This document shows positions 37,146-47,505 of a stretch of 64,000 nt of DNA, one piece after another. This DNA comes from a candidate division WOR-3 bacterium. Lineage in GTDB: Bacteria; Hydrothermota; Tepidihabitantia; SM23-42. Both the position numbers and the translations under genes were made by a program. The number at the start of each line of letters is the position of its first letter. Position 1 is the first letter of the stretch. The DNA is taken from the NCBI GenBank assembly GCA_027026255.1, contig JALVOT010000004.1:39061-103060 (forward strand). Reading direction: 5' to 3'. The notes under the pieces are model-generated. The model saw nothing but the letters and a program-made list of their open reading frames with translations, searched no databases and was not told the DNA's origin.

Positions 37146-37559
37146 TTGATATCCAGCAAAAAAATGGAATTTAAAAATCTACTACTTCTGTTAACCGATG
37201 ATACCGATGAGGAGATAATCAGTCCCTGTATTCAGTTCTGCAAAATATTCCGCTGCAGACTCTTCGTCCTCTTTATTATGGAACCATTTAGAATTTCCCG
37301 ACTGGCCAGTCTTACCCATAAAAAGACGAATGAATTACATAAGACCATTGAAGAACAGGGCTGGAAATTATTATACTTGGTTGAGGATGAAGCAACAGAA
37401 AATGATATAAGAACCTCACTTCACCATGAAGAAGGTAATATGATAAAATTGATTAAAAATTTTGTTGAGAATTATACAATCGATGCCTTGATTTTGAGAA
37501 AAAAAGAGGCGACAAAGAAGGTCTTTGTCGCCTCTCCAGTTATGGTCATTGGATTATAA
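37146..37559 (+). CDS. Hypothetical protein
   Basis: 137-aa ORF with no motif. Its position between hslU and ptsN suggests co-transcription. Confidence 0.35.
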   Translation: MISSKKMEFKNLLLLLTDDTDEEIISPCIQFCKIFRCRLFVLFIMEPFRISRLASLTHKKTNELHKTIEEQGWKLLYLVEDEATENDIRTSLHHEEGNMIKLIKNFVENYTIDALILRKKEATKKVFVASPVMVIGL

Positions 37560-37568
37560 GGAGGTCTA

Positions 37569-38030
37569 ATGCAATTAAGAATTTCAGATTACCTTAAACC
37601 CGAGGTAATTATGATGCAATTGAAGCAGCAGGAAAAGATTGCCGTGCTTAAGGAACTTGCCGAATATTTAGTGGAAAATAAACTTGTTAAGGACGGAGAT
37701 GAATTTATCAATGCCTTAGCAAAAAGAGAGAATCTTGAATCAACCGGTATCGGTAATGGTATTGCAATCCCCCATGCCCGGACCAATGCGGTTGATAATC
37801 TGATTCTGGCATTTGCCCGTTCACCTGAAGGAGTTGATTTTTCGGCAATTGATGGCAAACCCTCACACCTTATCTTTCTTATTGCTTCACCCGAACATAA
37901 AAAATCCGAATATATAATGGCATTAGCCAAACTATCCCGACTTCTGCGCCGGGAAGCGGTTCGTAAGATGTTGATGGATGCACAAAGTCCTGAAGAAATT
38001 TTGAAGATTATTCAGGAAAACGAAGATTGA
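37569..38030 (+). CDS. ptsN: PTS EIIA type-2 (fructose/nitrogen regulatory PtsN-like) protein
   Basis: 153 aa. The PTS_EIIA_2 pattern LESTGIGNGIAIPHAR contains the phosphorylatable His. Confidence 0.75.
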   Translation: MQLRISDYLKPEVIMMQLKQQEKIAVLKELAEYLVENKLVKDGDEFINALAKRENLESTGIGNGIAIPHARTNAVDNLILAFARSPEGVDFSAIDGKPSHLIFLIASPEHKKSEYIMALAKLSRLLRREAVRKMLMDAQSPEEILKIIQENED

Positions 38031-39283
38031 TGAAAAGTATCATTAAGTATTTTTTTCTTATTTTTTTCATTTTCCTGCCCCTTTTTGCCGATAAGATTCT
38101 CATCCCGATGGACCTCACCCAGACCGATCACCTTCGTGCCTATGGTATAGCATACCATGCCCTGCAGAGAAAGATTGATGTTGAATGGTTATTGAATTAT
38201 CGCGGTGGTTCATTTATGATGGACTTTCACAGCGATATTGAAAAGGAATGTGCCTTCAAGGGTGTAACCTGGGAAATCGTGCCGGGCGATAAGGTGATTG
38301 ATATATACAAAACGATTGAAAAGAATAATATGGAGACCGTCCTTCTGGAAAAGGCGCCGAAGATTGCCGTTTATATCCCGGAAAATTTTGAACCCTGGGA
38401 TGACGCCGTCACCCTGGCTCTGGAATATGCAGAGATACCATACGACCAGGTCTGGGATGATGATGTCCTGGCTGGCAGGCTGTACAAATATGATTGGCTC
38501 CATCTTCATCATGAAGATTTTACCGGAAGGTTCGGTAAGTGGTATAGTTATTATCACAATACTGATTGGTATAAAGAGAGTGTGCGTATAAACAGAGCTA
38601 TGGCGGAGAAATTGGGTTTTAAAAAAGTCTCGAAGATGAAACTCGCCGTGGCACAGGCGATCAAGGATTACATAAAAAAAGGCGGATTTGTCTTTTCTAT
38701 GTGCTCAGCCTGTGATACATATGAAATTGCATTAGCCGCGCAAAATACCGATATCTGTGTAAATGTCTTTGATGGTGACCGCTCTGATCCGCAGGCGAAT
38801 CGAAAACTTGACTATTCTGAGTGCTTGGCATTTAGAAACTTTCAGGTTGTGCTCAATCCATTTCAGCACGCACACTCAAATATTGATGTCAATAAGACGG
38901 CATATCAGCGCGGTCCGAATACCTATTTTTCTCTGTTCGACTTTTCGGCAAAATTTGACCCTGTCCCCTGTATGCTGGTGCAGGACCATACAGGTATCGT
39001 AAAGGAATTTTTAGGTCAGTGCACCGGATTTAGAAGGGAATTTGTGAAACCATCGGTTGTAATCCTGGGTGAGGTCAAAGGCACTGAAGAGATAAAATAT
39101 CTGCACGGGAATTACGGTAAAGGCACCTTCACCTATCTTGGAGGTCATGACCCTGAGGATTATCAACATTTTATAAATGATCCCCCCACTGATTTGAGTC
39201 TCCATAAAAATTCACCCGGCTACCGTTTGATACTCAATAATGTATTATTCCCGGCCGCACGCAAGAAGGAGTTAAAGACATAA
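38027..39283 (+). CDS. Hypothetical secreted protein (possibly a class-I glutamine-amidotransferase-like / ThuA-like fold)
   Basis: 418 aa. Signal peptide MMKSIIKYFFLIFFIFLPLFA. GGFVFSMCSA resembles a nucleophile-elbow Cys of GATase1-like folds. This call is weak. Confidence 0.4.
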   Translation: MMKSIIKYFFLIFFIFLPLFADKILIPMDLTQTDHLRAYGIAYHALQRKIDVEWLLNYRGGSFMMDFHSDIEKECAFKGVTWEIVPGDKVIDIYKTIEKNNMETVLLEKAPKIAVYIPENFEPWDDAVTLALEYAEIPYDQVWDDDVLAGRLYKYDWLHLHHEDFTGRFGKWYSYYHNTDWYKESVRINRAMAEKLGFKKVSKMKLAVAQAIKDYIKKGGFVFSMCSACDTYEIALAAQNTDICVNVFDGDRSDPQANRKLDYSECLAFRNFQVVLNPFQHAHSNIDVNKTAYQRGPNTYFSLFDFSAKFDPVPCMLVQDHTGIVKEFLGQCTGFRREFVKPSVVILGEVKGTEEIKYLHGNYGKGTFTYLGGHDPEDYQHFINDPPTDLSLHKNSPGYRLILNNVLFPAARKKELKT

Positions 39284-39369
39284 AGCAGAAAAAATTTCTC
39301 TTTTCAACCCGAAAATTAGAAGACAGACTTGAACTGCATTATAAAAATCTTAAAGCCAAAGAACTGGAT

Positions 39370-39801
39370 TTGAATACAAATCGGGCACAGGGGTTTAAAA
39401 AAATTGACGCCCGGATAAAACTAAAAAGAATGACAGACAGCATCTCAACACAATTTCTGGTAAATTTTACTGCGGTGTTAATCTGTGTCCGCTGCTTGGA
39501 AAAATTTGAAAAAGAATTTTCGGGTGAACTTCACCTTAATTATATTGAAGGCTGCGACCCATTTTTGAAAAATGAACATGTAGAATTGAAATCTACAGAT
39601 GCCGATAATGTCTTCTATTACGGTAATGAAATTGATTTGAATATCGGTATCAGGGAGGCGGTTATCTTATCACTCCCGATTGCCCCGATCTGTCACAGCG
39701 ACTGCCCGGGACTCTGCCCAATCTGTGGAAAAAATCTAAAAAAAGGACGATGTAATTGTAAGCCGGAAAAGATAGGATTGTTTACGCCGAAGAACAGATG
39801 A
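39370..39801 (+). CDS. yceD: YceD/DUF177 family protein (23S rRNA accumulation protein)
   Basis: 143 aa. Characteristic C-terminal CPGLCPICGKNLKKGRCNC and internal CVRCLE Cys pairs. Confidence 0.65.
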   Translation: MNTNRAQGFKKIDARIKLKRMTDSISTQFLVNFTAVLICVRCLEKFEKEFSGELHLNYIEGCDPFLKNEHVELKSTDADNVFYYGNEIDLNIGIREAVILSLPIAPICHSDCPGLCPICGKNLKKGRCNCKPEKIGLFTPKNR

Positions 39802-41192
39802 TTCTCCTTTACATTTTCACCATCTTATCTTTAAATAACCCCTTAGACCAACCTGAGCTGAAATCTGCCCATTATGGAATCTATATCCTCAACCTTGAAA
39901 ATGATAGCGTCATCTACGGATATAATAGTAATAAACTCTTTATGCCGGCATCCAATCTTAAACTGCTGACCAGTGCAGCGGGACTATATTTTCTTGGCTC
40001 TGATTATCAATTCAAGACGCGGCTCGCAATTAAAGGAAAAATCATAAATAATAAGCTATATGGCGACATTGTCATCATCGGTGGAGGCGATGCTGATTTT
40101 AGCCTTGATAATCTTGAACAGTTTATTACAACCATAAAAAGAATGAAGATTAAAGATATATCCGGGGATATTGTGATTGTGGATGACTGCTTCACTCCGG
40201 AAAGACTGCCAATCGGCTGGGCCTGGCATTACCTTGATGCCCGATACGCCCCGGAGATTTCTTCAATCTGTTTAAATCGGAATGTTGTTAATGTAACCAT
40301 CAAAGCGACAACCCTTAATAATTATGCCCGGGTCACGATTACACCCGAAACAAAGTATGTAAAGTTGATAAATCGAATCAAAACTGCGGCGGGAAAGGAT
40401 AGCGTGATTATTTATCGAAAGCCTGAGGCAAATATTATATTCGTTGATGGGCTTATTGGCCGGGGACATCAAAGAAACATCGATATTGCCGTAAAGGACC
40501 CGGCAATGTTTTTTGGTACATATTTTAAAGAACGATTAATCCGGGAAAAGATTAAAGTTGAAGGTCAAATTATGAGAAAGGATGGATATTCATATTTTAA
40601 TATTGATACAACCTATCAGATTATTGACTCGGTTTTATCCCAACCGCTCATTGAAATTCTCCATAAGATGGATACCGAGAGTGTAAATCTCTATGCCGAG
40701 GCACTGGTAAAATCGCTCGGTGCAGTTTATTATCAGAACGGCAGTTTTGAATCGGGATTGAAGATGCTGAAAAATCTGCTTGTGCGCTGCGGTGTTGATA
40801 CCGCCAATGTTTCTCTCTGGGATGGTTCAGGGCTTTCGCGTCACAACCTATTATCACCCTATCAACTTGTTCTTCTCCTCCGTTACATCTACCATTCACG
40901 CATATTCGATGACTTCTATAACCTGCTTCCGCAGCCCGGTGAGGGAACATTAGAATACCGATTCAAAAATTTCAGCGGTTCACTCCGGGCGAAGACCGGC
41001 ACCCTTTATGCGGTATCTGCCTTGAGCGGCTATTTTAAGATTGATACAACCCGATACGGTTTTTCAATAATCTTCAATCACTTTACCTGCCCCAATAAAG
41101 TGATTCGACAGATTGAACAGAAAATTTTAAGCGCGGTGGTTAATTATTTAAAAAAGAAGAAAAAAAATGACAAAGCCCGGGCGTTCAAATGA
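39798..41192 (+). CDS. dacB: D-alanyl-D-alanine carboxypeptidase/endopeptidase (PBP4, peptidase S13)
   Basis: 464 aa. SxxK active site in LFMPASNLKLLTSAAGL and overall S13 pattern. It lies downstream of yceD and overlaps it by 4 nt. Confidence 0.75.
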   Translation: MILLYIFTILSLNNPLDQPELKSAHYGIYILNLENDSVIYGYNSNKLFMPASNLKLLTSAAGLYFLGSDYQFKTRLAIKGKIINNKLYGDIVIIGGGDADFSLDNLEQFITTIKRMKIKDISGDIVIVDDCFTPERLPIGWAWHYLDARYAPEISSICLNRNVVNVTIKATTLNNYARVTITPETKYVKLINRIKTAAGKDSVIIYRKPEANIIFVDGLIGRGHQRNIDIAVKDPAMFFGTYFKERLIREKIKVEGQIMRKDGYSYFNIDTTYQIIDSVLSQPLIEILHKMDTESVNLYAEALVKSLGAVYYQNGSFESGLKMLKNLLVRCGVDTANVSLWDGSGLSRHNLLSPYQLVLLLRYIYHSRIFDDFYNLLPQPGEGTLEYRFKNFSGSLRAKTGTLYAVSALSGYFKIDTTRYGFSIIFNHFTCPNKVIRQIEQKILSAVVNYLKKKKKNDKARAFK

Positions 41193-41473
41193 AAAAATCG
41201 CTCTTTAAAAAGAGACAGCTTATTCCCAGAAGGGAATATCCCCGACCCCTGCGTTATGTGGGAGTCGGTATTATTATAATGGTTGTGATAATATTGTTGT
41301 TTTATAAAATATTTTTTCATTAAGGACATCGACCCTTCGCAGACTTCAGTCTGTTTCAGTCAATCTCAACAATCCGATTAACCCCCTGAAGAAGTGCAGA
41401 TTCTGGCGTCTTTTTCCATCAGCTTTCTACGGACAAAAAACAGTTATGAAAAAGGTGTCATTACTGAAATAGA

Positions 41474-42811
41474 CTATCTGACTACCGCACGGACCAATCG
41501 CTTATGCCGGCAGGGTCTATTACTGATTGAAAAAATCTGTCTTAACTCTTTTTTAATTATTAATGCCTTAGTCTTTTCATCGGTAATAATTTTAACCAAA
41601 CATTCTCCTTTCTTTACAAAATCGCCGATCTTTTTAAAAACCTGAAATCCACAGCCGGGGTCAATTGCATCCTCTTTATGGATTCTTCCTCCACCCAATT
41701 TTGTAAGGAGCATACCAAGCTGAAAATTATCAATTTTTTTGATATAACCGGAATTATCAGCCCGAAACTTTATCTGATAACGGCCCCGGGGCAGATGTGT
41801 ATAGTCATCAATTATCCTGATATCACCCCCCTGATACTGAATCAGCTCCTGGAATTTTTTCAGTGCTGAACCGGATTTGATCTTCTCTTTTAAAAACCTT
41901 TTCCCTTTTTTTATTCCGGCAAGTTTAAGCATCTGGGTGCCGAGGGTATAGGTAAGTTCCATTAAATCATCAGGACCCCGGCCTTTTAATGCCTCAATCG
42001 CCTCAATAACCTCTAAGGAATTTCCAATATAATCGCCTAAGGGGTTATCCATATCTGACAATACTGCAATAACCCTGGTGCCGGCCTGGTTGCCGAGATA
42101 GATCATCAGTCTGGCAAGTTTTTTTGCCCTTTTGAATTCCTGCATAAAGGCACCGCTGCCGATTTTCACATCAAGGACCAGACCGTCCAGATCCTCAGCC
42201 AATTTCTTGGATATTATACTGGCGGCAATCAGAGGTATGGATTCGACCGTTGCAGTGACATCGCGGAGCGCATAAATCTTTCTATCGGCTGGGGCAAGTT
42301 CCGGGGTCTGGCCGGCCATTGCAATACCGATTTTTTTCAATTGCCGTTTAAACTGCCGAATACCAAGGTCGGTCCGAAATCCAGGAATCGCTGATAATTT
42401 ATCAAGGGTTCCTCCGGTATGACCCAGACCGCGGCCCGAAATCATTGGAACACATATCCCGCAGCTGGCGACAAGGGGCGCAAGCACAAGCGAGACCTTA
42501 TCCCCAACTCCACCGGTGGAATGTTTGTCAATCTTCGGTTTATTAATATCTTTGAGATTAAAAACCTTTCCTGAGTGCAGCATCGCTTCCATAAAATCTT
42601 TTGTCTCTTCAAAATCAAATCCCTGAAAATAGACCGCCATCAAAAATGCGGCAAATTGATAATCCGGAATCTCGCCATCTTTGTAACCCCGGATAAGATA
42701 ATCTATCTCTGCATGCGTCAGTTTTTCCCCATTTCTCTTTTTGCGAATAAGTAAAACCGGATTCATCCTGCTATTCAAATCTCTTTGTATCCAATCCCAA
42801 TGTCTGTTCAA
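41474..42811 (-). CDS. Thymidine / pyrimidine-nucleoside phosphorylase
   Basis: 445 aa. DKHSTGGVGDKVSL phosphate-binding motif and the glycosyl transferase family 3 pattern. Confidence 0.85.
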   Translation of the reverse strand: MNRHWDWIQRDLNSRMNPVLLIRKKRNGEKLTHAEIDYLIRGYKDGEIPDYQFAAFLMAVYFQGFDFEETKDFMEAMLHSGKVFNLKDINKPKIDKHSTGGVGDKVSLVLAPLVASCGICVPMISGRGLGHTGGTLDKLSAIPGFRTDLGIRQFKRQLKKIGIAMAGQTPELAPADRKIYALRDVTATVESIPLIAASIISKKLAEDLDGLVLDVKIGSGAFMQEFKRAKKLARLMIYLGNQAGTRVIAVLSDMDNPLGDYIGNSLEVIEAIEALKGRGPDDLMELTYTLGTQMLKLAGIKKGKRFLKEKIKSGSALKKFQELIQYQGGDIRIIDDYTHLPRGRYQIKFRADNSGYIKKIDNFQLGMLLTKLGGGRIHKEDAIDPGCGFQVFKKIGDFVKKGECLVKIITDEKTKALIIKKELRQIFSISNRPCRHKRLVRAVVR

Positions 42812-43418
42812 CTTTTTTTAACCTTTTGCAGGAAGCGCATCTGCCGCACATCCTTTTATCACCGAGATAACAGGAGTAGATAAACTGCAGTGGGGCTTGA
42901 TACCTTAATCCAATCTTATATATTTCAAGTTTTGAATAACGGGTGAGATAACTTACTACTTTTGTCCTGGTAAGGGTGCTATATCTTAATGTCTTATTGA
43001 TTGCATCTATAAATTGAGGGCGATTATCAGGAAATTCCCGGGCCTCTTCCTGATTGAATCCGGTGACAATCAGTTCTGCACCATAGTATTCGGCAAAACA
43101 GGCGGCGATATTTATAAAGAGGGCATTCCGATTTGGCACCCAGAGATTCTTCAATCTATTAAAATACCTGAAGTTCTTTATCTTTTGATTACGGAGCAGG
43201 GTCAGGCCTTTAAATTCTTTAAAAAAATTTAATTTTACCACCTTATGTTTCATCCCGAGAATCCGTGAAATCTTTTTTGAGGCGAGAATCTCCATCCTTG
43301 CAGCACGCTGGCCATAATCAAAGGTAAGGGAAAATAGCGGTTTGGTCCTTTTTTTGGCGACGGCTGCACTGACCGTTGAATCGAGTCCTCCGGAAAGGAG
43401 TATAATACTCTTCTTCAT
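42771..43418 (-). CDS. queC: 7-cyano-7-deazaguanine synthase
   Basis: 215 aa. PP-loop SGGLDSTV and C-terminal zinc motif CGRCASC. Confidence 0.85.
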   Translation of the reverse strand: MKKSIILLSGGLDSTVSAAVAKKRTKPLFSLTFDYGQRAARMEILASKKISRILGMKHKVVKLNFFKEFKGLTLLRNQKIKNFRYFNRLKNLWVPNRNALFINIAACFAEYYGAELIVTGFNQEEAREFPDNRPQFIDAINKTLRYSTLTRTKVVSYLTRYSKLEIYKIGLRYQAPLQFIYSCYLGDKRMCGRCASCKRLKKVEQTLGLDTKRFE

Positions 43419-43780
43419 AAATCTTCTGGTCTATATGTTACTGAATAATCATTACCTTCCCAGACCGTGATGGAATATAACCCCTTAAAATATTTTTTAA
43501 TCTCATTGTATATATAGATTGCAATCCATTCGGCTGTAGTATTATATTTTTTGAAGAATTGAAGTGTGTTCAGATTATTATGGTCCAGGGTTTTAAGGGT
43601 CTTATCAAGAATTTTTTTTATCTTACGGAAGTCCTGTGCCATACCGAGTTTATTGAGTTTTTTTAATCTTATCCTGATTTCGACCCGATAGGTATGACCA
43701 TGAAGCCCGGCACAATCTCCAGGATATCCCTTAACCTGGTGTGCTGCAGAAAATGTTGATTGGACCGATAATTCAAACAT
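43415..43780 (-). CDS. queD: 6-carboxy-5,6,7,8-tetrahydropterin synthase
   Basis: 121 aa. CAGLHGHTYRVEI zinc/His motif of the PTPS/QueD family. Confidence 0.8.
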   Translation of the reverse strand: MFELSVQSTFSAAHQVKGYPGDCAGLHGHTYRVEIRIRLKKLNKLGMAQDFRKIKKILDKTLKTLDHNNLNTLQFFKKYNTTAEWIAIYIYNEIKKYFKGLYSITVWEGNDYSVTYRPEDL

Positions 43781-44312
43781 CCCCGCTCCTTAAGGTTCTT
43801 TCTTTTAATATCTCTCTCGCCCGGGTAAAGAATTTTCTGCTCCCTTCTGCTTGATAATCTGGATAGGTCCATTTTAATGGTTGAAACATTCCGTCCTGAT
43901 AGATCAATGTCACCTCAGCAAAAATCCCTTTATTTAAATAGATGCGATGGGAATAATTCTTTGTTGAGGCAAGGATGAGGTTATTTAAAGAGATGATTCC
44001 GGGATCGATATTAACCCTTCTTCCTCCGGTTTCATTCAGATACTCCTTTTCCAACTCATTTGTCTTCAATTTTATTTCTACAATCTCATCGGGCCGAATC
44101 AATTTTTCAAATACATACCACTGCCTTAGAAGGGTCTGGCCCATCTCTTTATTATAGTATTTTGTATGATTAAAATTGATAACCGGTGAAACAAGAACCT
44201 CTTCACCCAAAAATTTTTCTAATCTTTTGATGACCGGGATAATATCAAAATCTTTGTGGTATATTAATCCGGTAATAGGCAGGACATAAGGTGGTGATTT
44301 AACCGCGCCCAT
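43773..44312 (-). CDS. Hypothetical protein, possibly DUF4416 family, in the que cluster
   Basis: 179 aa. NIDPG...LILAS.KNYSHRIYL...GIFAEVTL...WTYPDY pattern. The family assignment is from memory and is tentative. Confidence 0.4.
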   Translation of the reverse strand: MGAVKSPPYVLPITGLIYHKDFDIIPVIKRLEKFLGEEVLVSPVINFNHTKYYNKEMGQTLLRQWYVFEKLIRPDEIVEIKLKTNELEKEYLNETGGRRVNIDPGIISLNNLILASTKNYSHRIYLNKGIFAEVTLIYQDGMFQPLKWTYPDYQAEGSRKFFTRAREILKERTLRSGDV

Positions 44313-44946
44313 TGCATACCCTCAGACAGACCCCGCAGATATACTGCCCAATGCCTCTGATTTTCGAGAACTCTTTCAATTTCTCCAGACACCTTTTCAG
44401 GTCAAGTCCATTTTCTGTAATCGCCTGAGCCGGGCATACTTCAATACACTTTTTGCAGTCTCCACAGCTCTGTTCAATTCGGGTATCCGGTTCAAATTCA
44501 AGGTCGGTAAGAACCGATGCATAGCGCACCCGGGCGCCGTATTGAGGATGGATCACCAATCCGTTCTTGCCGATAAAGCCCAGGCCCGCCTCACGGGCAA
44601 GAAGCTTATGAGGCAGATGACCCCTTTGATTCTCCCAATCTACGGTCTGGGACGCCGGAATTGCAATCGCCTTTTTCTTCTTTTCGGTGATAAAACGGAC
44701 TAAGTGGAATGCGGTTTGATCAAGAAGCCAGTTTACTGTTTTATAATGATGCTTATAAATTAAAGTAGGTCGGTCGATAACGGTATTAAGCACCGCCCCT
44801 GATAAAGGATAACCAAACACAATTGCCCCGGGAAATTCTTCAGTAATCTCGGCTATGCCCAACCCTCTGGGGATATCAGTAAATCCTACAATATCAACCC
44901 CATATCCTGAAAGGAATGATTTAATTTCACTCTTTATCTTTGACAT
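44299..44946 (-). CDS. 4Fe-4S ferredoxin-domain protein (possibly queuosine-pathway related)
   Basis: The C-terminus has CGDCKKCIEVCP and CGVCLRVC clusters. The ORF track extends to 45039, but that overlaps scpB by 112 nt. A start at Met32 (44946) or Met23 (44973) is more plausible. Confidence 0.5.
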   Translation of the reverse strand: MSKIKSEIKSFLSGYGVDIVGFTDIPRGLGIAEITEEFPGAIVFGYPLSGAVLNTVIDRPTLIYKHHYKTVNWLLDQTAFHLVRFITEKKKKAIAIPASQTVDWENQRGHLPHKLLAREAGLGFIGKNGLVIHPQYGARVRYASVLTDLEFEPDTRIEQSCGDCKKCIEVCPAQAITENGLDLKRCLEKLKEFSKIRGIGQYICGVCLRVCNGRG

Positions 44947-45559
44947 TTTCAGCCTCAGTCTCCTGTGGTCCATCCCTCTTAACCTGAGCTTCACTCTCAA
45001 TCCCCTTTTCCGCAAAATCCTCTTCCCGGGGAAGTTCACTCAAATTCTTAATTCCAAAGTATCTCAAAAATTCCTTGGTTGTAGCATATTTTATAGGTCT
45101 TCCTGGAACCTGTAATCGACCGCAGGTTCTTATGAGCCCCTTCTGCAAAAGGCTCTCCAGGATCCAGGAGGAATCTACACCCCGGGCCTTTTCAATCTCG
45201 GGCCGGGTGATAGGTTGATGATAGGCAATAATCGCCAGGGTTTCAAGTGCTGCCCGGGAAAGACGCTCCCGGCGTTTTTGTAGAAGACCAACCCATTCTG
45301 CAAATTCCGGCAGGGTATAGATTTGATAACCCCCGGCAACCTCCTTTATCTCAAATGCCCGATTCGTTTCTTTATATTCATTATTTAATGCTTCAATATA
45401 ATGCACAATTTCAGACTGGGGAATTTTTAGAATTTCGGCGATCTTTTTCAAAGGCAGGGGTTCATTTGTGGCAATCATCAGGGCTTCAATAATCCTCTGG
45501 GCATCAGGCTGGACTGACGCCTTCTCGTTATCTAAATTCTCAGCAAAGTTATCATTCAT
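44927..45559 (-). CDS. scpB: Segregation and condensation protein B
   Basis: 210 aa. Tandem winged-helix pattern IIEALMIATNEPL...GGYQIYT...RPEIEKARG. Confidence 0.75.
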   Translation of the reverse strand: MNDNFAENLDNEKASVQPDAQRIIEALMIATNEPLPLKKIAEILKIPQSEIVHYIEALNNEYKETNRAFEIKEVAGGYQIYTLPEFAEWVGLLQKRRERLSRAALETLAIIAYHQPITRPEIEKARGVDSSWILESLLQKGLIRTCGRLQVPGRPIKYATTKEFLRYFGIKNLSELPREEDFAEKGIESEAQVKRDGPQETEAENVKDKE

Positions 45560-46721
45560 AATCTCGGTATAAGGTAATTAAACTATTAACAATTTTATCC
45601 CAATTAAAGCGTTCGTCAACCGTCTTCTTTGCATTCCTTGCCATTATCTGATATCGGGATTTATCCTGAATAAGTTCTTCTATCGCCCGGGCAAGGGATG
45701 CCACATCACCGGGTGGAACAAGCAGACCGTTAAACTTATGTTTGACAATATCGGTGATCCCGCCGACCTCTGACGCAATTACCGGTTTTGCATAGGACAT
45801 CGCTTCAAGCAATACTACACCAAGACCTTCAGTATCTCCCTTCTTATCATAGACTGCAGGGAGCACCAAGAAACTACAATCTTTATAATATCGGCTCAAT
45901 TGATCATCCGATACCCTGCCTGGAAAGATTACCCTATTATTGATACCGAGTTCCCGGGCGATATCTTCCAATCCTTTCCTTTCCGGACCATCACCGATAA
46001 TAACAAGTCGATGGGTAATCTTCTCCTTAATTTTATCAAATGCCTTAATTAGATATTTAACCCCTTTCCTTTCCACCAGTCTGCCGACAAAGATAATTTG
46101 CCCTTTATCCTGAGAAGCGACATCGGTCTCGGTTACTGCACTGCTGAAGGGAATGATATGAACCTTTTTATGGACAATATTTTGCAGTTCTTTTGCAGTA
46201 TGCATTGATATTGCAGTAATTACATCTGATTTATTGAGCAATAATGAAAAAGGCCCGGTCAAAAAACCCAGTTTCCTTTTAAGAAAACGTATCTCAGCAC
46301 CATAAAATGATGAAAAGAGTCTTGTCCTGCCGAATCTCTTTGCCAGAACCCCGAATATGATATGGGGAAATGGCCAGTGAATATGGACAATCTCAAATTT
46401 CTCGATTCTCACCAATCTTATAATCGCCCGGGCACCAGCAATCAGATAGGCGATGGTCAAAAAAATATTATGTAGCCCCCTGCTCACCCGATCTGCAGCA
46501 GTCTCCTCATGGGTTAACCGCTCAAAGCGCTTAAAAAAATAGCGGAACCGATATATTTTCGTGCCGTCTAATTCCTGAAATCCAAGGCCCTTATATGCTG
46601 AAGTGAAGACTGAGACATCAATCCCCTTCTCTCTTAATCTATTTATGAGTTGAACCAACCAGGGTGTAATTACATCACCCCTATAACGGGGATAGGCGGT
46701 AACGACGAACAACACCTTCAT
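45552..46721 (-). CDS. Glycosyltransferase family 4
   Basis: 389 aa. GT4 C-terminal E-x7-E region EAMSYAKPVIASEVGGITDIV. Confidence 0.75.
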   Translation of the reverse strand: MKVLFVVTAYPRYRGDVITPWLVQLINRLREKGIDVSVFTSAYKGLGFQELDGTKIYRFRYFFKRFERLTHEETAADRVSRGLHNIFLTIAYLIAGARAIIRLVRIEKFEIVHIHWPFPHIIFGVLAKRFGRTRLFSSFYGAEIRFLKRKLGFLTGPFSLLLNKSDVITAISMHTAKELQNIVHKKVHIIPFSSAVTETDVASQDKGQIIFVGRLVERKGVKYLIKAFDKIKEKITHRLVIIGDGPERKGLEDIARELGINNRVIFPGRVSDDQLSRYYKDCSFLVLPAVYDKKGDTEGLGVVLLEAMSYAKPVIASEVGGITDIVKHKFNGLLVPPGDVASLARAIEELIQDKSRYQIMARNAKKTVDERFNWDKIVNSLITLYRDYE

Positions 46722-47446
46722 CTTTTAAAACGCCATTTCAGTATATTCCAGACCGCCTGGATGCCGTCTTTAATACCAATCTTCTTGCCCTTTTTTCTCC
46801 CCCGATACTGAATCGGAACCTCGAATATTTTTATCCCCTGACGCAGAAGCTTACAGGTAATCTCAGGCTCAATCTCAAACCTTGAAGAGATAAGATTCAA
46901 TGTTCTTAAAAGTTCTGTCTGGATTACTTTATAACAGGTCTCCATATCGGTGATGTGGCTATGATAAACCAGGTTTGTCAACATCGTCAGAATACGATTG
47001 GCATAATAACTCTTTTTTAAAAATTCACCTTTACCAAGAATCCTTGAGCCGTAAACTACCATCGCCTTACCTTCAATAATAGGTCTTAAAAGTTCAGGAT
47101 ATTGTTCAGGCGAATATTCAAGGTCGGCATCCTGGATAATAATATAATCACCCCGGGCGAGATTAATTCCGGAACGAATTGCTGCACCCTTACCCAGATT
47201 ACAGGGGTGAAATACCTTTTTTATGCCCTTTCTCTTCTCTAAATATTGTCTGGTTCCGTCACGGGAAAAGTCGTCCACAACAATTATTTCTTTATCGATA
47301 TCGACCGCTTCTACTGCATTGATGATTTTTTCAATATTCTGGTTTTCATTGAAAACCGGCATAATGACTGAAACCTTCACAATTAGATTATACAAAAAAT
47401 TTGATGGTTGTAAAGAAAGCTGAAAAGGGGTCGTTAACATTGACAA
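46718..47446 (-). CDS. Glycosyltransferase family 2 (polyprenyl-phosphate sugar transferase-like)
   Basis: 242 aa. VSVIMPVFNE...VVDDFSRDGT...DADL motifs (DxD). Confidence 0.75.
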   Translation of the reverse strand: MSMLTTPFQLSLQPSNFLYNLIVKVSVIMPVFNENQNIEKIINAVEAVDIDKEIIVVDDFSRDGTRQYLEKRKGIKKVFHPCNLGKGAAIRSGINLARGDYIIIQDADLEYSPEQYPELLRPIIEGKAMVVYGSRILGKGEFLKKSYYANRILTMLTNLVYHSHITDMETCYKVIQTELLRTLNLISSRFEIEPEITCKLLRQGIKIFEVPIQYRGRKKGKKIGIKDGIQAVWNILKWRFKR

Positions 47447-47505
47447 TCAGGGAAAATTTATTATACTCTATATACAGCTAAGGTATATCGAAAGAAGGAG
47501 GTTTT

